In this document: piece by piece, positions 9,187 to 17,419 of the stretch
How positions within the stretch are numbered: the first letter of the stretch is position 1
Layout: each line of letters begins with the position of its first letter
NCBI RefSeq assembly: GCF_000619845.1
Contig: NZ_JHUX01000010.1
Location: forward strand, 30,001-62,000
Direction: 5' to 3'
Source of the DNA: Alkanindiges illinoisensis DSM 15370
GTDB lineage: Bacteria > Pseudomonadota > Gammaproteobacteria > Pseudomonadales > Moraxellaceae
Length of the DNA: 32,000 bases
Made by a program: the position numbers and the translations under genes
The notes under the pieces: model-generated
Databases searched by the model: none
What the model saw: the letters and a program-made list of their open reading frames with translations, nothing else
What the model was told of the DNA's origin: nothing

Positions 9187-10002
9187 TCAGGCTGGAATAT
9201 GCAGGATTAGTTCCAGCACCAGTTTACTGCCAATAAAGCCCACCAGCAGCAGGCCAAATCCCCATAGGGTAAAGCTAATGGCACGCTGGCCGCGCCACCC
9301 CAGTCGCCAGTGACCAATCAACAGCGTACCAAACACCAGCCACGACAAAATACTAAACACGGTCTTGTGTGCCAGATGCTGGGCAAAAAAACTGTCAATG
9401 GTAAAAATCCCAAAACTCAAAGCCAGTGTAAGCAGGCCAAAACCCAGCGCAATCATGTCAAACAGCAGTTTTTCCATAGTTTGCAGCGGTGGCAGCAGGG
9501 CAACCCAGATGCGTTTATCGGTTTTTTGCTTGAGTTCACGGTTTTGCGCCCACAGCAAAATGGCTTGAATACTGGCCATCCACAGCACGCAATAGGCCGC
9601 CAGTGACAGGAAAATATGCACATCCAGCCACAGCCCGCCCTGACTTAATGACACAAATGGCCCATGCCAGATCACGCTAATCAGCAAACCAACACAAGCC
9701 ACCGGGGTTGCCAGCAGGTTTAGCCCTAAGATGGGCCGATAAGTACTAAACAAAAGGCTAAACGCCAGCATCAGCCAGCAGGTAAGCGAAATCAGGTTAA
9801 AAATATTGTAATTTATCCCTGCCGGGGTAATCAGCGCTGGAAACAACACCGAGGCATGCAAAATCAGGCCAATACTCAGCAATACCAGCGTCACCAGCTT
9901 GCGGGGTGGCATTTTTTGTAATAAATGAATCAACAAATACCAGAATGTACTGGCATACGCAGCCGTGGCAAGCAGTGCTATAATCACAGGCAGGCTAGTC
10001 AT
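9187..10002 (-). CDS. ypjD: Inner-membrane cytochrome c assembly family protein (YpjD / CcsA-like)
   Basis: Polytopic membrane protein, divergent from ffh exactly as ypjD is in E. coli. The ORF-track start at 10011 is a TTG. The first ATG is at 10002 (MTSLPVIIALLATAAYA...). Confidence 0.8.
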   Translation of the reverse strand: MTSLPVIIALLATAAYASTFWYLLIHLLQKMPPRKLVTLVLLSIGLILHASVLFPALITPAGINYNIFNLISLTCWLMLAFSLLFSTYRPILGLNLLATPVACVGLLISVIWHGPFVSLSQGGLWLDVHIFLSLAAYCVLWMASIQAILLWAQNRELKQKTDKRIWVALLPPLQTMEKLLFDMIALGFGLLTLALSFGIFTIDSFFAQHLAHKTVFSILSWLVFGTLLIGHWRLGWRGQRAISFTLWGFGLLLVGFIGSKLVLELILHIPA

Positions 10003-10417
10003 GCCATTCAACCCTAATTCTGATGGTTTGGATTTTCATTATTAACGATTCGACCCTGTTTAACCGTCTGTTGCTAGGGCTTGTTGATATTTCATCCATG
10101 ATTGCGACAGTGGACGTTTTTAGGCGATACAAGGCATGAATAATGAAATTTAGTCATTCTAAATAATTTATTCATAACGCAGTAGCGCTCAAAAACGGTC
10201 CTGTCCTGAAAGGTTGTTGCTAAAATTTGATCATATTTTGCTACGAACCAGAATAGCAGTTATGCCATGATCTGCATTTCATGCATTCTGATTAAATTTT
10301 AGCAGACAACGCAACGCATTGGTGAATTGTCAAAAAGCCTTCATATCCTATAGCATCTGGAGCGGTAATTTTCTATTCTAGGCAATATTTTTTGCAAAGT
10401 TACAAGCGGAATTCGCA

Positions 10418-11884
10418 ATGTTTGATACTTTAACCGATCGTTTGACGCAAAGCCTGCGCAATGTCACAGGCACCGGGCAGCTTAACGAAGATAACATCAA
10501 GGATACCTTGCGGGAAGTACGCATGGCACTGCTGGAAGCAGACGTGGCATTGCCGGTAACCCGTGAGTTTATTGAAAAAGTAAAAGCCGAAGCACTGGGG
10601 CAGGAAGTCTTAAAGCAATTATCGCCCGGTCAGGCTTTCGTCAAGATTGTTTACGACCAGCTCACAGAAATGATGGGCGAGGCCAATCAGAGCCTGAACC
10701 TGTCTGCCAAGCCTCCGGTGGTGATTTTGCTGGCGGGTTTGCAGGGTGCGGGTAAAACCACCACGGCAGGCAAGCTGGCCAAGTTTTTAAAAGATCGCCA
10801 AAAGAAAAAAGTGGTGACTGTTTCTGCCGACGTATACCGTCCCGCCGCCATTGAACAGTTACGCAGTGTGTCCAATGATGTGGGCGTGGATTTTATTCCC
10901 TCATCTGCCGATGAAAACCCAATTGACATTGCCATGCGTGCCATTGAGCAGGCCAAAATCAAGTTTGCCGATGTGCTGATTGTGGATACTGCCGGCCGCT
11001 TGCATATTGATGAATCCATGATGGATGAGATCAAGGCGCTGCATGCCGCCATTGGCCCTACTGAAACCCTGTTTGTTGTCGATTCCATGACCGGACAGGA
11101 TGCCGCCAATACCGCCAAGGCGTTTAATGATGCCTTGCCATTAACTGGTGTGATCCTCACTAAAACTGACGGTGATGCGCGCGGTGGTGCAGCGCTGTCG
11201 GTGCGTGCTATTACCGGCAAGCCCATCAAGTTTTTAGGGATGGGCGAAAAGCTGGATGCACTGGAACCATTCCACCCTGAACGGATTGCCCAGCGCATTC
11301 TGGGCATGGGTGACGTGCTGTCCTTGGTGGAAGAAGTTGAACGCAAGATTGACCGCGAAAAAGCGGAAAAGATGGCGAAGAAACTGCAAAAAGGCGGTGC
11401 GTTTAACCTTGAAGACATGCTCACCCAGTTTGAACAAATGAAAAATATGGGCGGCATGGCAGGCTTTCTGGATAAGCTACCGGGCATGAGCGGTAGCGGC
11501 ATTCAGCAGGCGCTGGAACAGGCCAAGCCGGAAAAGGAAGTGGGCAAGATGGAAGCGATTATCCGCTCCATGACCATTAAAGAACGCCGTAACCCGGATA
11601 TTATCAACCCCAGCCGCAAGCGCCGTATTGCTGCCGGTTGTGGCATGGAAATTCAGGACATTAACCGTTTGCTCAAGCAGCACAGTCAGATGGCCAAGAT
11701 GATGCGCAAGTTTTCCAGCCCTGGCGGCATTGCCAAGATGATGCGTGGCATGAAAGAGCTGCAAGGTGGCGGCGGTGGCGGTTTAGGCCCGCTGTTTGGC
11801 GGTGGTAGCGAGGGCGCAGACGGTGGGCAGGGTAGAATGCCCGGCAATATGCCATTGCCACCAGGTTTTGGTAAAAAGCGCTAA
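10418..11884 (+). CDS. ffh: Signal recognition particle protein Ffh
   Basis: 488 aa. NG domain with GLQGAGKTTT, DTAGR and TKTDGDARGGAALS. Met-rich M domain with a Gly-rich tail. Confidence 0.97.
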   Translation: MFDTLTDRLTQSLRNVTGTGQLNEDNIKDTLREVRMALLEADVALPVTREFIEKVKAEALGQEVLKQLSPGQAFVKIVYDQLTEMMGEANQSLNLSAKPPVVILLAGLQGAGKTTTAGKLAKFLKDRQKKKVVTVSADVYRPAAIEQLRSVSNDVGVDFIPSSADENPIDIAMRAIEQAKIKFADVLIVDTAGRLHIDESMMDEIKALHAAIGPTETLFVVDSMTGQDAANTAKAFNDALPLTGVILTKTDGDARGGAALSVRAITGKPIKFLGMGEKLDALEPFHPERIAQRILGMGDVLSLVEEVERKIDREKAEKMAKKLQKGGAFNLEDMLTQFEQMKNMGGMAGFLDKLPGMSGSGIQQALEQAKPEKEVGKMEAIIRSMTIKERRNPDIINPSRKRRIAAGCGMEIQDINRLLKQHSQMAKMMRKFSSPGGIAKMMRGMKELQGGGGGGLGPLFGGGSEGADGGQGRMPGNMPLPPGFGKKR

Positions 11885-11902
11885 TTGCTAAATAGTAGAA
11901 GT

Positions 11903-11929
11903 AAAAACGGCCTTGAGGGGTCGTTTTTT
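11903..11929. terminator. Bidirectional intrinsic terminator shared by ffh and the convergent pentapeptide-repeat gene
   Basis: AAAAACGGCC-TTGAGG-GGTCGTTTTTT. A 6-bp stem (one G-U pair) spans 11907-11924, flanked by A5 and T6 runs. Confidence 0.7.
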
Positions 11930-11953
11930 ATTAGCTGTTCAATTTTAATTTTT

Positions 11954-13669
11954 CTAGCGCTCTTTGCAATCCTGAAATATTTTTTCGAGTAAGGCTTTAT
12001 CTTGAATTTTATCGACTAACCAGGTTGGATCATCATCCCAGATTGCACCACGAGAAAGGACATTTTCACGGATTTTATCTTCACTTGTTCCTAAGTCATC
12101 ATCGCCAAATTGAGTTTTACGATTAAGGCTGGCAAATTCGAAATCAGTATCTTTAAAAATTGCAGCTTTTAAATTAGCTCCTTTTAGTTGTGAACCTGAT
12201 AAATTAGCTAATTGTAAATCTGCTCCCCAAAGATCAGCTGACTGCAAGTTAGCATTATGCAAAGAAGCACTTTGCAAATTTGAATGACTTAAATTTGCGT
12301 TACTAGCTTCGGCAAAATTTAAAATTGCTTTTTGTAAGCTGGCGGATTTTAATAAAGCATATTTTATGTTTCCACGAGTTAAGTCGGCACCACTAAAAAT
12401 ACAATTACAAAAATTTGTAAAAGATAAATTAGCTCCAATTAATGTATAACCTGATAAATTTATTCGGAAGAGAGAAGAGTTAGTATTTAAAGCTGTTAAA
12501 TTTATATTTATTAACTGTTCTTCAAACAGCTTTAAATGCATTCCTCTTGTTCCAATTAAAGCTTTATTTAATGAGGAAACTACAGGGGTACGAGAAAGTA
12601 TATGCAAGTAATTCCTAAAATAGAAATCTTCTTCTAGCTGTGCTTGATATCTAACAATTATAGATTCCCATATTGCATGAATTAGCAAAAAAGCGGGTTG
12701 CATAAATTGTTCGCCATACTTACCAAACATAAAGGCTTCTAGTTGGGCAATCGCGCTAGCTTGTAAAGCTTCTGCACCTTGACGACGACTAATACTATTG
12801 CTGCCTTCTGGGGCAATAAAGTCTTCTTGGCTGCTTGTTATTTCTTCGGTATGTTCCTGAACGTCTTTAGCTGTTTTATTTGTGGTTTTAGTACTGGTGG
12901 TTTGCTTGATTTCAGGCAAGTGAAAACCACTAGCCCATTCACTGAGTTTTTGAAAGTCTTTTAGATTGGTATCCTTACGGGCATTTTCAATTTGGATGCG
13001 ATTATTTTTATCACGAAATAGCCAAACCATAAAAATAATTGGAGCGGCAACAATAGTTCCAATGAGTGCAACTGGGATAGTAAAAAAGCCTCGAGATATA
13101 TCACTCAGGTTTTTAAGATTATCGGCAGATAAGTATTCAAACCAGTCAAGATAAAAAAGAAAAAGTATAGAAATAGTCGTAGCACAAAGAATCCAGAAAC
13201 TTCTGAAAATTGTTTGGCTCCATGTATCCAGATTAACGCCCACATTGCGCTTTTTCCAGCGCTTAAAATCTACTTGTTGATACTCAATACTGGTTTTGAC
13301 GAAAGCATCAATACGCTGTTTTAAGTTGGTTATCTTTGCAAATTCTTCATCCTCCCAGAGAGGGCCTTTATAATCTTTTTCCTTGTGTTTTAACTGGTAA
13401 TAATCATATACAGCATTTCTTTCAGAAGTTTTTAAAAAGGAATGAAAATCTTGCCCTATTTCTTTTAATTGACCAAATGTGTAAAACGTAAATACTAAGA
13501 AGAAAGAGATCAACGCAGTAAAAGCTAAAGCTAAATAAATATAAAGATGTGAATGTATATCTATGGATAGAATTCCATAAAAAGAAGCAATACAAGCTAT
13601 AAAGCTTATAATAGCTATTCGATAACGCTTAGTAGGACTGTACCAAAATTGTGGAATCCATTTTCTCAT
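11954..13669 (-). CDS. Membrane-anchored pentapeptide-repeat protein (4 predicted TM helices, linker, helical region, about 25 pentapeptide repeats)
   Basis: 571-aa ORF with an ATG start. Hydrophobic helices lie at about aa 18-36, 42-65, 154-177 and 195-218. A Thr/Lys/Glu-rich linker covers aa 250-300. A(D/N)LxX repeats lie at about aa 386-516 (DNA 12122-12514), e.g. SNANL SHSNL QSASL HNANL QSADL WGADL QLANL SGSQL KGANL. G+C is much lower than in the flanks. Confidence 0.85.
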   Translation of the reverse strand: MRKWIPQFWYSPTKRYRIAIISFIACIASFYGILSIDIHSHLYIYLALAFTALISFFLVFTFYTFGQLKEIGQDFHSFLKTSERNAVYDYYQLKHKEKDYKGPLWEDEEFAKITNLKQRIDAFVKTSIEYQQVDFKRWKKRNVGVNLDTWSQTIFRSFWILCATTISILFLFYLDWFEYLSADNLKNLSDISRGFFTIPVALIGTIVAAPIIFMVWLFRDKNNRIQIENARKDTNLKDFQKLSEWASGFHLPEIKQTTSTKTTNKTAKDVQEHTEEITSSQEDFIAPEGSNSISRRQGAEALQASAIAQLEAFMFGKYGEQFMQPAFLLIHAIWESIIVRYQAQLEEDFYFRNYLHILSRTPVVSSLNKALIGTRGMHLKLFEEQLININLTALNTNSSLFRINLSGYTLIGANLSFTNFCNCIFSGADLTRGNIKYALLKSASLQKAILNFAEASNANLSHSNLQSASLHNANLQSADLWGADLQLANLSGSQLKGANLKAAIFKDTDFEFASLNRKTQFGDDDLGTSEDKIRENVLSRGAIWDDDPTWLVDKIQDKALLEKIFQDCKER

Positions 13670-13775
13670 TGAATTTTTATCTCAATCCATTGCCATTGAT
13701 CTTTATTCAAATGAAACTGCAAAGTAAACTCTAAGTTCTAATGCAAATCATCCAGCGTATAGTCATAACTCACCC

Positions 13776-14606
13776 TTAAAAGCTTATTCTTAAAAAGTCA
13801 CCATCGGCAAACACATTATGGCCAAAACCACATTCACCTTGTGTAGTTTTCAACGTCACGCTGTCCGCTTTAAAACGCATTTCCACGGTGCAGCCTTCAT
13901 CAGCCGCCAGCCCTTCGGTTTCACTTTCTTTCCATATGGCTTTGCCATTGTTAATCGGACTCAGCGTGATAAATTCGCCCATATTTGGGCCGTAATACAT
14001 ACTCATCATGCCCATATACAAGCCGGAAAATGAAATCTGATATTGCGTGCCTTTTTGCTTCACGCCAACGATATTCCATGCGCCATTGCCCGCATATTGC
14101 CAGTATTCTCCCACCGGACTTTTGCTTTGACTAGAGGTGTCCAGTTTGGCCAGCTCGGCTTTAATCAGGTTGAGGTTGTACTGTGATTTTTTATCATCCG
14201 GGTTAATCATCAGCCATGCGCGGGCTTTGAGATAATCCTTTTGCTTGATATAGGTGAGTGCCACATTATTGTCCGCCGTAGCCACTGCACTGTCAGAAAT
14301 GGAAAAACCGGGCTGATTGCCCTGAAACATGACCCGGCAGGCATGGCTCCATGCGGCCTGATCTTCAAATGACGTGCGTGCCTTGGCATAATGGCCTGCG
14401 TTATAGGCTTTTTGCCCGGCCCGCGCATAGCTCGTTATTTTTTTGCAGTCGGCAATTTGTTGCTGCTCTTGCGTTGCATCTGCTGCTTGCACTGTGATTG
14501 TTAAAGAAGTTATACCCAACACAACACTGAGTAAGCCAAGTAGTTGAACCGGCTGTGTTTTAATTATGGTTTTGGTTGCCGCTCGGGTCATCATTTTTAT
14601 GCTCAT
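13776..14606 (-). CDS. Secreted/periplasmic hypothetical protein with N-terminal signal sequence
   Basis: 276 aa. A hydrophobic signal-like segment LLGLLSVVLGITSLTITVQA-AD is followed by a helical (TPR-like) half and then a beta-rich half. Composition is normal for the window. I recognise no motif. Start is ambiguous (14606, 14594 or 14591). Confidence 0.65.
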   Translation of the reverse strand: MSIKMMTRAATKTIIKTQPVQLLGLLSVVLGITSLTITVQAADATQEQQQIADCKKITSYARAGQKAYNAGHYAKARTSFEDQAAWSHACRVMFQGNQPGFSISDSAVATADNNVALTYIKQKDYLKARAWLMINPDDKKSQYNLNLIKAELAKLDTSSQSKSPVGEYWQYAGNGAWNIVGVKQKGTQYQISFSGLYMGMMSMYYGPNMGEFITLSPINNGKAIWKESETEGLAADEGCTVEMRFKADSVTLKTTQGECGFGHNVFADGDFLRISF

Positions 14607-14689
14607 CTAGAGTAGTTTTAAAATTGTCTGAATTAGTTTGTGTAATTTTAAAAGATGTCGCCCATAGCTTTAAATAATGATTAATGCTG

Positions 14690-15439
14690 TTATACAGGCT
14701 TGGCAAAAAAACGCATCAGGCCTTTTAACAGCAAATCCGGTTCCAAAATCAGCTCGGTTTTTTGTTGTAAAAAGCTGGCAAACACGCTTGCATCACCACC
14801 AGTAAGCACAATTTTTCGCTCGGGGTTGTGCGCAATGATTTTTTCAATGGCACCTAGCAAGCCAAGCAAAATACCATGATGTACGGCATCGCTGGTATTG
14901 CGTCCCGGATACAGGTCACTAAACGCCTGTTCGGGAATCTTGATGCCTTTGGTGCCTTGGGTAAGTGAATCACGCTGCAAATACAGGCTGGGTAAAATAT
15001 AACCGCCCAAGTGCTGGTTATTATCCAGCAAGTCAATAGTCAGGGCCGTGCCACAGCCGACAATGCAGTACTGATTCTTCTGTCCGTCCTGCGTATTGCC
15101 AGCGAGAGCGAGCACCTGTAGCCAGCGGTCAATCCCCAGTTGTTTTGGATTGTCATAGCCGGTAATCAAACCCTGATGCTGCGCCTGTACGCTGGCAAAA
15201 CGTACCGGTATGTTCAGGCGCGACAAAATCTGCTGCACGCGCTGATTAGAGCTTTCATCCAGCACTGAGGAGATGCCAATTTCATGCGGGCTAAACTGGG
15301 CAAAGCGATCCACCAGCCCTAGAAGCAAATCCGCTGGCGATTGCAGGTGTAGCTCGGCACCGTTGGCCTGCATTTCCCCGTGTGAGGTGAGCCAGTATTT
15401 AAGCCGGGTGTTACCAATATCAAGCCAGAGCTGACGCAT
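14690..15439 (-). CDS. coaX: Type III pantothenate kinase (CoaX)
   Basis: N-terminal [13 protein letters not shown] (the DxGNT motif). C-terminal VLTGGDA. It sits directly downstream of birA, as in many bacteria. The ORF opens at 15463. I prefer the ATG at 15439 because AAGGAA lies about 10 nt upstream and the N-terminus then matches the family. Confidence 0.9.
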   Translation of the reverse strand: MRQLWLDIGNTRLKYWLTSHGEMQANGAELHLQSPADLLLGLVDRFAQFSPHEIGISSVLDESSNQRVQQILSRLNIPVRFASVQAQHQGLITGYDNPKQLGIDRWLQVLALAGNTQDGQKNQYCIVGCGTALTIDLLDNNQHLGGYILPSLYLQRDSLTQGTKGIKIPEQAFSDLYPGRNTSDAVHHGILLGLLGAIEKIIAHNPERKIVLTGGDASVFASFLQQKTELILEPDLLLKGLMRFFAKPV

Positions 15440-15505
15440 TGAATCCATTTCCTTTTTAAACAAGCTATAGAAATGAGTAGGGCAGAGTTTAAGCAGGGCA
15501 GGGGC

Positions 15506-16306
15506 TTACACTGCCCGAACTTGCCCACTATAAATAATTTTTGTACCGTTTAGGGTGTTTAGCAGCAGCGCACCATCCGGCTGGATACCGATAATCGTGC
15601 CGTGCACATCGGTTTGCGCCGGACTATGCACCACCACCTGTTGTTGCAGCAGCGCATCAAAGGCAGCAAAGCGGGTGGGCAGCTCCAGACTGCCGTGGTC
15701 AAACTGCTGGCAGGCGTGAATCAGTGCCAGCGTGGTTTGCACAGCCAGTTCGGCCACATCCAGCGCCTGTCCGGTAATGGCGGTTAAGTCAGTCACCGGC
15801 TGGTCAGTCACTTGCTGCTGCATGGGTTGCAGGTTCAAGCCCACGCCAATCACCACCTGATTGTCATGCAGCGGTTCAATCAGGATACCGCCCCATTTAG
15901 CGCCATTGAAGTACAGGTCATTGGGCCATTTGATTTGCAGGCCAGCATGGTGCGCCAGAATTGGCATATTGACCAGCGCCAAAGCCACTTCCAGCGCCAA
16001 TCGGCCACTCACCGGATGCTGAAGCGTCCAGCGCAGCGACAAATACAGGTTGCCTTCGGGGGATTGCCAGATACGCCCGGCTTGCCCACGCCCGGCCTGT
16101 TGCTGGTTACTAATTACCAGAGCACTGCTGCCACTCATGGCTTTGGCCACGTCATTGGTGGAGGTGGTGGATGGCAACCAGAGTACATGGTCAATCGTGC
16201 TTACACCATGCAGCTTGAGGCCATAGCGCAGGCTATTGATACGCGGGTCCTGTTCATCGGGCGTTGCAGGTATTGAATGGGCAGATATAGTCATGGGCGT
16301 ACTCAT
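15506..16306 (-). CDS. birA: Biotin--[acetyl-CoA-carboxylase] ligase BirA, group I (no N-terminal wHTH domain)
   Basis: 266 aa. The biotin-binding loop QQQAGRGQAGRIW lies at aa 68-80, against aa 111-123 in E. coli BirA. Only about 43 aa precede the catalytic core, against about 87 in E. coli. The C-terminal SH3-like tail is present. Confidence 0.85.
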   Translation of the reverse strand: MSTPMTISAHSIPATPDEQDPRINSLRYGLKLHGVSTIDHVLWLPSTTSTNDVAKAMSGSSALVISNQQQAGRGQAGRIWQSPEGNLYLSLRWTLQHPVSGRLALEVALALVNMPILAHHAGLQIKWPNDLYFNGAKWGGILIEPLHDNQVVIGVGLNLQPMQQQVTDQPVTDLTAITGQALDVAELAVQTTLALIHACQQFDHGSLELPTRFAAFDALLQQQVVVHSPAQTDVHGTIIGIQPDGALLLNTLNGTKIIYSGQVRAV

Positions 16307-16543
16307 GCGGCTTATTGGGCTGTATATTGAGCGTTTTGCTACAAATCTGAGGGTTTAGCGTACACTCTAAATTAAACTGTGGCGGAAATAATTAAATAAA
16401 ACCAATGATAAAACGCATGAGTTATAGGGTGAATGACCCCAGTGTTACTGTCAAGTCACCGCATTTCGCTCAAAAATATAGCGTTTTTATCGGTTTAGGC
16501 CTGCCTATTCTTTAAAAATAATGTAAAAATGTCCGACAATGTG

Positions 16544-16567
16544 ACAGAGTACACGTGTAAACTCTGT
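16544..16567. promoter_or_regulatory. Candidate operator: nested palindrome in the birA / GntR-regulator divergent region
   Basis: ACAGAGT (16544-16550) and ACTCTGT (16561-16567) form a 7-bp inverted repeat. They flank the perfect palindrome ACACGTGT (16551-16558). The element overlaps a possible -35 GTGACA / -10 TGTTAT pair. A related half-site GTACACTCT lies at 16360-16368. Confidence 0.3.
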
Positions 16568-16639
16568 TATATAAGCATCTAGGGGTAATGGCTATAACCT
16601 GACCATTTTTAAATTGATAACAACATAACAGGTATCATA

Positions 16640-17335
16640 ATGGCATTTCAGGCGTCAATCAGTTTATCTGAACAAATTGCAAAGCACATTAGTGAACAAA
16701 TTATTACCGGGGAACTGGTCGAAGGGGAGCGCATTCAGGAGTTACGCATTGCCAAAGAGCTGGATGTAAGCCGTGGCTCGGTGCGTGAAGCCCTGCTGAT
16801 TTTACAGCGAACCTATCTTATTGAAATTTATCCACGCCGCGGTGCTGTGGTGTCGGAAATGTCGGCGCAGCAGGTTCAAAGCCTGTTTGACACCAGCATG
16901 ATGATTCTGGGTGCACTGGTGCAGCGAACCAGTGAGCGCTGGCGTCAGCATGACAGCGAACAAATGAACACACTGATGCAGCAGCTGGATGAACAGGTAC
17001 GGCTGGGCGATATTGAAAAATTTTATGACCATGTATTTTTGTTCCTGCATACCTGCAACGAAATTGTGGACAACCCCTACCTGACGGATATTTTTGAAAA
17101 CCTGCTGCCATCGTTGCGCCGCAGTTATTTTTTAACCTTAAATACCTCACGGCGGGAGTTGCAGGAAGCCTTTGTGCTGTTTCGTCCCGTCATTGATGCC
17201 ATCCTGATTCGTAAAGGCGAGCAGGCAGCTTTGTTTATGGAAGACTTTTGCCGCCACCTGCGCAATCTGGTGCTGGATTCACTGGCCCGCATGAAGCAGA
17301 TTGAACTGGCTTGGGCACAGCGTTCACGCCGCTAA
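16640..17335 (+). CDS. GntR-family transcriptional regulator (FadR/FCD subfamily)
   Basis: 231 aa. The N-terminal wHTH reads GERIQELRIAKELDVSRGSVREALLILQ. The C-terminal domain is all-helical and FCD-like. Ligand unknown. Confidence 0.85.
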   Translation: MAFQASISLSEQIAKHISEQIITGELVEGERIQELRIAKELDVSRGSVREALLILQRTYLIEIYPRRGAVVSEMSAQQVQSLFDTSMMILGALVQRTSERWRQHDSEQMNTLMQQLDEQVRLGDIEKFYDHVFLFLHTCNEIVDNPYLTDIFENLLPSLRRSYFLTLNTSRRELQEAFVLFRPVIDAILIRKGEQAALFMEDFCRHLRNLVLDSLARMKQIELAWAQRSRR

Positions 17336-17419
17336 CACGAGCTTAGGGTCTTAAAGTGATGATCAGTCAGGGTTAATCACCCAAAAGATGCAGTAAATAG
17401 AGTAATGCGATTTTAAGAT

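Noticed and set aside
10012-10417. 8-bp inverted repeat ATGAATAA...TTATTCAT in the ypjD-ffh divergent region as a regulator site or small RNA
   Set aside because: It is a short AT-only repeat in AT-rich promoter DNA. It has no associated hairpin/U-tract or promoter pair that would define a transcript, so the evidence is insufficient.
10687-11502. 271-aa ORF antisense to ffh
   Set aside because: It lies entirely inside the unambiguous ffh gene on the opposite strand. The sequence is low-complexity and Ser/Ala/Pro-rich with no motifs, which is the typical shadow ORF of a codon-biased gene.
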